Assembly: GCA_012839865.1 (NCBI GenBank)
Contig: DUMO01000010.1
Span: 1-40,291, forward strand
Source: Clostridiaceae bacterium
Lineage (GTDB): Bacteria; Bacillota; Clostridia; CAYPLH01; DUMO01
DNA: 40,291 bases
Direction of reading: 5' to 3'
In this document: positions 37,599-40,291 of the stretch, in pieces
Numbering within the stretch: the stretch's first letter is position 1
How the letters are laid out: each line of letters begins with the position of its first letter
The notes under the pieces: generated by a model
The model's input: only the letters and a program-made list of their open reading frames with translations
What the model was told of the DNA's origin: nothing
Databases searched by the model: none
Made by a program: the position numbers and the translations under genes

Positions 37599-38773
37599 TC
37601 AAGCTCGGTATTCAACAGTTCCAGTACTCTGTCAAAAACTGTGGTATTGTTTAGAATTGCTTTGTGGTTCCTGGCTTCAATGGAACCGCTCTTTAAAAGA
37701 TCCTCCACGGAAAGGGCTTCTCCCCCCAGGTCGAAAATCTCGGTTTTTATCCCCCATTTTGAAAGACTGGCACTTTCCGGAGTTACAACTTCATCATTTT
37801 TCCCCAGCAAATTTATTGCCTGGACGGTGTTGTTGAGCCCCTTGTTCACCATTGACGGCAGGATGTTGACCAAAAGGTCGCTGTCGGGCACCATGTCCCG
37901 GACACCTTTGTCGTCGAAATACTCCGCCCCAAGGGATGCCCAAACGGAACCCTTGTGGGGAACCGAAACAAAAATAATTTTTCTTGCATCGTTGCGTTTG
38001 ACATACTCATGGCTGGTTGTGTAATACCGGGCAACAAGGCCCCCCATGCTGTGGGCCACAATGTCAAACCTTGAAACCTGAACACCTTTTGAAAGATAAT
38101 CCTTCTTTATGGAATCCATAAATAAAGGAAGCTGCTCTGCGGCAGGTATGACTCCGTCTTCGGAGGAGTATTCAAATGTATAGCTCTCGCAACCCCTTGA
38201 ATCAATATATTCCTTCATATTATTATATATATAGGCAGTCTCCTGATAGCCATGTATGAGTATTACCGGGACAGGCGCAAGAGACAGGCTCAATGTGGAA
38301 AGATTTGAAGTGCCTTCAATAGAAGCCTTTATATTGACACCTTTAAAATCAGCGCTATTTTCCGGTTCATCCCCAGGGTTGTTTTCCCCCATATTCCCAC
38401 TGTCATTTTCCGGCGTATTCTCAGGTTCATTTTCCAGTCTGTCCGGCGGTATGTAGTATGCCAGGCATTCTCCAAAAGCGTTGGTCCTGGTGCTCTTTGG
38501 ATAAACTTCCCCCGGACCGCCGGTAACTTCAAATGTTATTTTGACGTTTTCCACCGGTAAATCGTAGTTGTCCCGGACTTCCGCCCTTATAAGCAGCCTG
38601 TTGGAAGAGTCGGCGGCTACGCTGTCTACCTGAGGATTGACCGTGGACAAATGAATATTAAGAAGGCTGCGTTTTTGAAAGAAATTATTTACATAGCTTT
38701 CAATGTCACTATATGAAAATAATATAAATGCCAAAACCAGCAATAACACTATAATTAACTGATGCTTCTTCAA
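37577..38773 (-). CDS. Exported/membrane-anchored alpha/beta hydrolase with Ig-like domain
   Basis: N-terminal hydrophobic segment; VRDNYDLPVENVKITFEV...TNAFGEC resembles a bacterial Ig-like domain; PVILIHGY, nucleophile elbow AHSMGG, VPHKGS. Confidence 0.75.
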   Translation of the reverse strand: MKKHQLIIVLLLVLAFILFSYSDIESYVNNFFQKRSLLNIHLSTVNPQVDSVAADSSNRLLIRAEVRDNYDLPVENVKITFEVTGGPGEVYPKSTRTNAFGECLAYYIPPDRLENEPENTPENDSGNMGENNPGDEPENSADFKGVNIKASIEGTSNLSTLSLSLAPVPVILIHGYQETAYIYNNMKEYIDSRGCESYTFEYSSEDGVIPAAEQLPLFMDSIKKDYLSKGVQVSRFDIVAHSMGGLVARYYTTSHEYVKRNDARKIIFVSVPHKGSVWASLGAEYFDDKGVRDMVPDSDLLVNILPSMVNKGLNNTVQAINLLGKNDEVVTPESASLSKWGIKTEIFDLGGEALSVEDLLKSGSIEARNHKAILNNTTVFDRVLELLNTELDYPQQLR

Positions 38774-39023
38774 TTTGACACTCCTCTGGGTTTAATTTTC
38801 ATATGCCTGTCTTAAAAAAATCAGATCTTCTTATAATATGATTATAACTTAAAAAGCAAAATGATGTAACTTGGTATGAAATAAATACGGGAAATGTATT
38901 ATTTGTTATTGTCCGGCCGCTTTCCAGGCAATTCATACACATCCGCCGAAATAATTAATTTTTTTAAAATGGAGAAAATAATTTATGAGCAACTTCATTA
39001 ATTAATGGAGGGATGTAATTAAT

Positions 39024-39455
39024 ATGAAAGTACGAGATATAATGACCAAAAATGTAGCATATATCAACCCAATGGCCAATGTAATTGAAGCCGCACAAAT
39101 CATGCAAAAGCACAACGTCGGATCAGTTCCTGTATGTGATGAGAACGGTGTGCAGGGAATAGTGACCGACAGGGACATTATTGTAAGAAATATTGCACAC
39201 GGTAAAAATCCTGCGGAAACCCAGGTTAAAGATGTTATGACCACAAATGTATCGACTGTGACACCTGATACGGATGTTGAAGACGCGGCAAAAATTATGG
39301 CGCAGCAGCAGGTAAGAAGACTTCCTGTTGTGGATAACAACATGGTTGTCGGAATGATTTCACTGGGTGACTTTGCTGTAAATTCAAGAACCGATGTTGA
39401 GGCTTCGGAAGCACTGTCTGAAATATCAAAACCATCCCAGCCTGTAAACATGTAA
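39024..39455 (+). CDS. CBS-domain pair protein (YlbB/YhcV-like)
   Basis: MKVRDIMT, VGSVPV, GIVTDRDI, VKDVMT, VRRLPVV, GMISLGD; GGAGGG RBS. Confidence 0.9.
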   Translation: MKVRDIMTKNVAYINPMANVIEAAQIMQKHNVGSVPVCDENGVQGIVTDRDIIVRNIAHGKNPAETQVKDVMTTNVSTVTPDTDVEDAAKIMAQQQVRRLPVVDNNMVVGMISLGDFAVNSRTDVEASEALSEISKPSQPVNM

Positions 39456-39483
39456 GTGAAGTTGCAGCGAGCGTAAGGCTGTT

Positions 39484-39576
39484 ACAGCCTTGCGCACTTT
39501 ACATATGAAGGATATCATTCCGAAAAAGGAAACTGTTTCAATGGTTTCACAGCCTTGCGCGCTTTACATATGAAGG
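39484..39576. repeat. 28-bp direct repeat, period 65
   Basis: ACAGCCTTGCGCRCTTTACATATGAAGG at 39484 and 39549; first copy is the right arm of hairpin GCGTAAGGCTG/CAGCCTTGCGC after the CBS gene. Confidence 0.7.
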
Positions 39577-39694
39577 CATCATCATCATATCCCCCACAAA
39601 TTGTTGTCATAATAATTTTCTATGTGCGCAAAATAAAAATGGTGCATTATAATGCACCAAACTCTGGTCCCTCAAGGACGAAGGAGAGATAATT

Positions 39695-39874
39695 GTGGCC
39701 AAAAGGCGTAGCATGATGTCAGAAAGCCTCAAAGCTGAAATAGCTAAGGAGCTTGGAGTCTACGACACTGTGTCACGGGAAGGCGGATGGGGTTCCGTAT
39801 CATCCAGAAACTGTGGTAATATAGTTAAAAAGGCTATAGAAATGGCAGAGAGAACCCACGGTAACGGGAAATAA
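39695..39874 (+). CDS. sspF: Small acid-soluble spore protein, SspF-like (not in ORF track)
   Basis: Manual translation MAKRRSMMSESLKAEIAKELGVYDTVSREGGWGSVSSRNCGNIVKKAIEMAERTHGNGK*; K-x-E-I-A-K-E-L-G and SRNCG motifs; GTG start after AAGGAG. Confidence 0.88.
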   Translation: MAKRRSMMSESLKAEIAKELGVYDTVSREGGWGSVSSRNCGNIVKKAIEMAERTHGNGK

Positions 39875-39887
39875 CCCTATAAGCAGC

Positions 39888-39915
39888 AAAGCCGGCTGAT
39901 GCCGGCTTTATTATT
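39888..39915 (+). terminator. Terminator after sspF
   Basis: AAAGCCGGC-TGAT-GCCGGCTTT then AT-rich tail. Confidence 0.7.
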
Positions 39916-40018
39916 AACAATCGGAGCATCGCTTAAATCAAGGTTCAGGCAAACCTTTCGAGGGTTTTATCGTTTATTTCAAGTCTATTACAATTTCTTT
40001 ACACTTAAGGGGCATTTG

Positions 40019-40047
40019 TTGACTGGCAAAATGCCCGATGATATAAT
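40019..40047 (+). promoter_or_regulatory. Strong sigmaA promoter
   Basis: TTGACT, 17 bp, TG-extended TATAAT. Confidence 0.8.
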
Positions 40048-40189
40048 TAGTCACGTGTTAAAGGCAGGAATCTCTTGCCCTGACAAACACACAAGGGGTT
40101 AGGTTTGTAACCGGGGGTTTAAGGACGAAACCTGATCCTGTTTAATAATAGTCCGTATCCCCATAAAAATTTTACAAGGAGGAAATCGC

Positions 40190-40291
40190 ATGAAGAATCT
40201 CAAAAAGCTAATGGCAGTCGTACTTGCAGTTGCAATGCTCGCAACTTCATTACTTACTGTCACAGCAGCCGGGGATCAATATAAGTATCTG
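40190..40291 (+). CDS. Secreted protein, probable S-layer protein (5' partial, not in ORF track)
   Basis: AAGGAGG RBS; MKNLKKLMAVVLAVAMLATSLLTVTAAGDQYKYL is a Sec signal peptide of the MKNLKK type I recall from clostridial S-layer proteins; open to window end. Confidence 0.7.
   Translation, partial: MKNLKKLMAVVLAVAMLATSLLTVTAAGDQYKYL

Noticed and set aside
40070..40140. Hammerhead ribozyme or c-di-GMP riboswitch (CTGA and GAAAC motifs)
   Set aside because: The CUGANGA core and required stem arrangement are absent; no GEMM-type signature.
1..40291. tRNA, rRNA, tmRNA, SRP or 6S RNA genes; intact transposase, integrase or prophage
   Set aside because: No such signatures recognised by eye in any intergenic gap; an Infernal scan would be needed to be certain.

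Overview
Replication-origin region of a spore-forming clostridial chromosome. Gene order and protein style resemble Acetivibrio/Ruminiclostridium-type Oscillospirales (inference, not a database result). Left of the origin, minus strand: dnaA-dnaN-recF-mscL-rlmD. Right of the origin, plus strand: rpmH-rnpA-yidD-yidC-jag-mnmE-mnmG-rsmG-noc, an oppBCDFA peptide ABC transporter, a lone gyrA, an O-antigen-ligase-like membrane protein, a large SLH-domain surface protein, an orphan agrB, nadABC, a CBS protein, sspF and the start of a probable S-layer gene. Three real genes are missing from the ORF track (rpmH, sspF, the terminal S-layer-like gene). The bipartite oriC is readable, including DnaA boxes and DnaA-trios upstream of dnaN. 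No rRNA, tRNA, CRISPR array or intact transposase was seen. The coding content is mostly housekeeping; the unusual signal is non-coding: (1) a second dense DnaA-box cluster about 30 kb from oriC, (2) about 12 REP-like hairpins with a conserved GGGACGGTT core and co-varying arms, (3) two copies of a 205-207 bp palindromic MITE-like element whose outer arms differ but stay self-complementary, (4) a 17-bp tandem array after noc, (5) an orphan IS200/IS605-type end, plus absence of yaaA/remB/gyrB/soj/spo0J from their usual positions. All calls come from reading the sequence; no searches were run.
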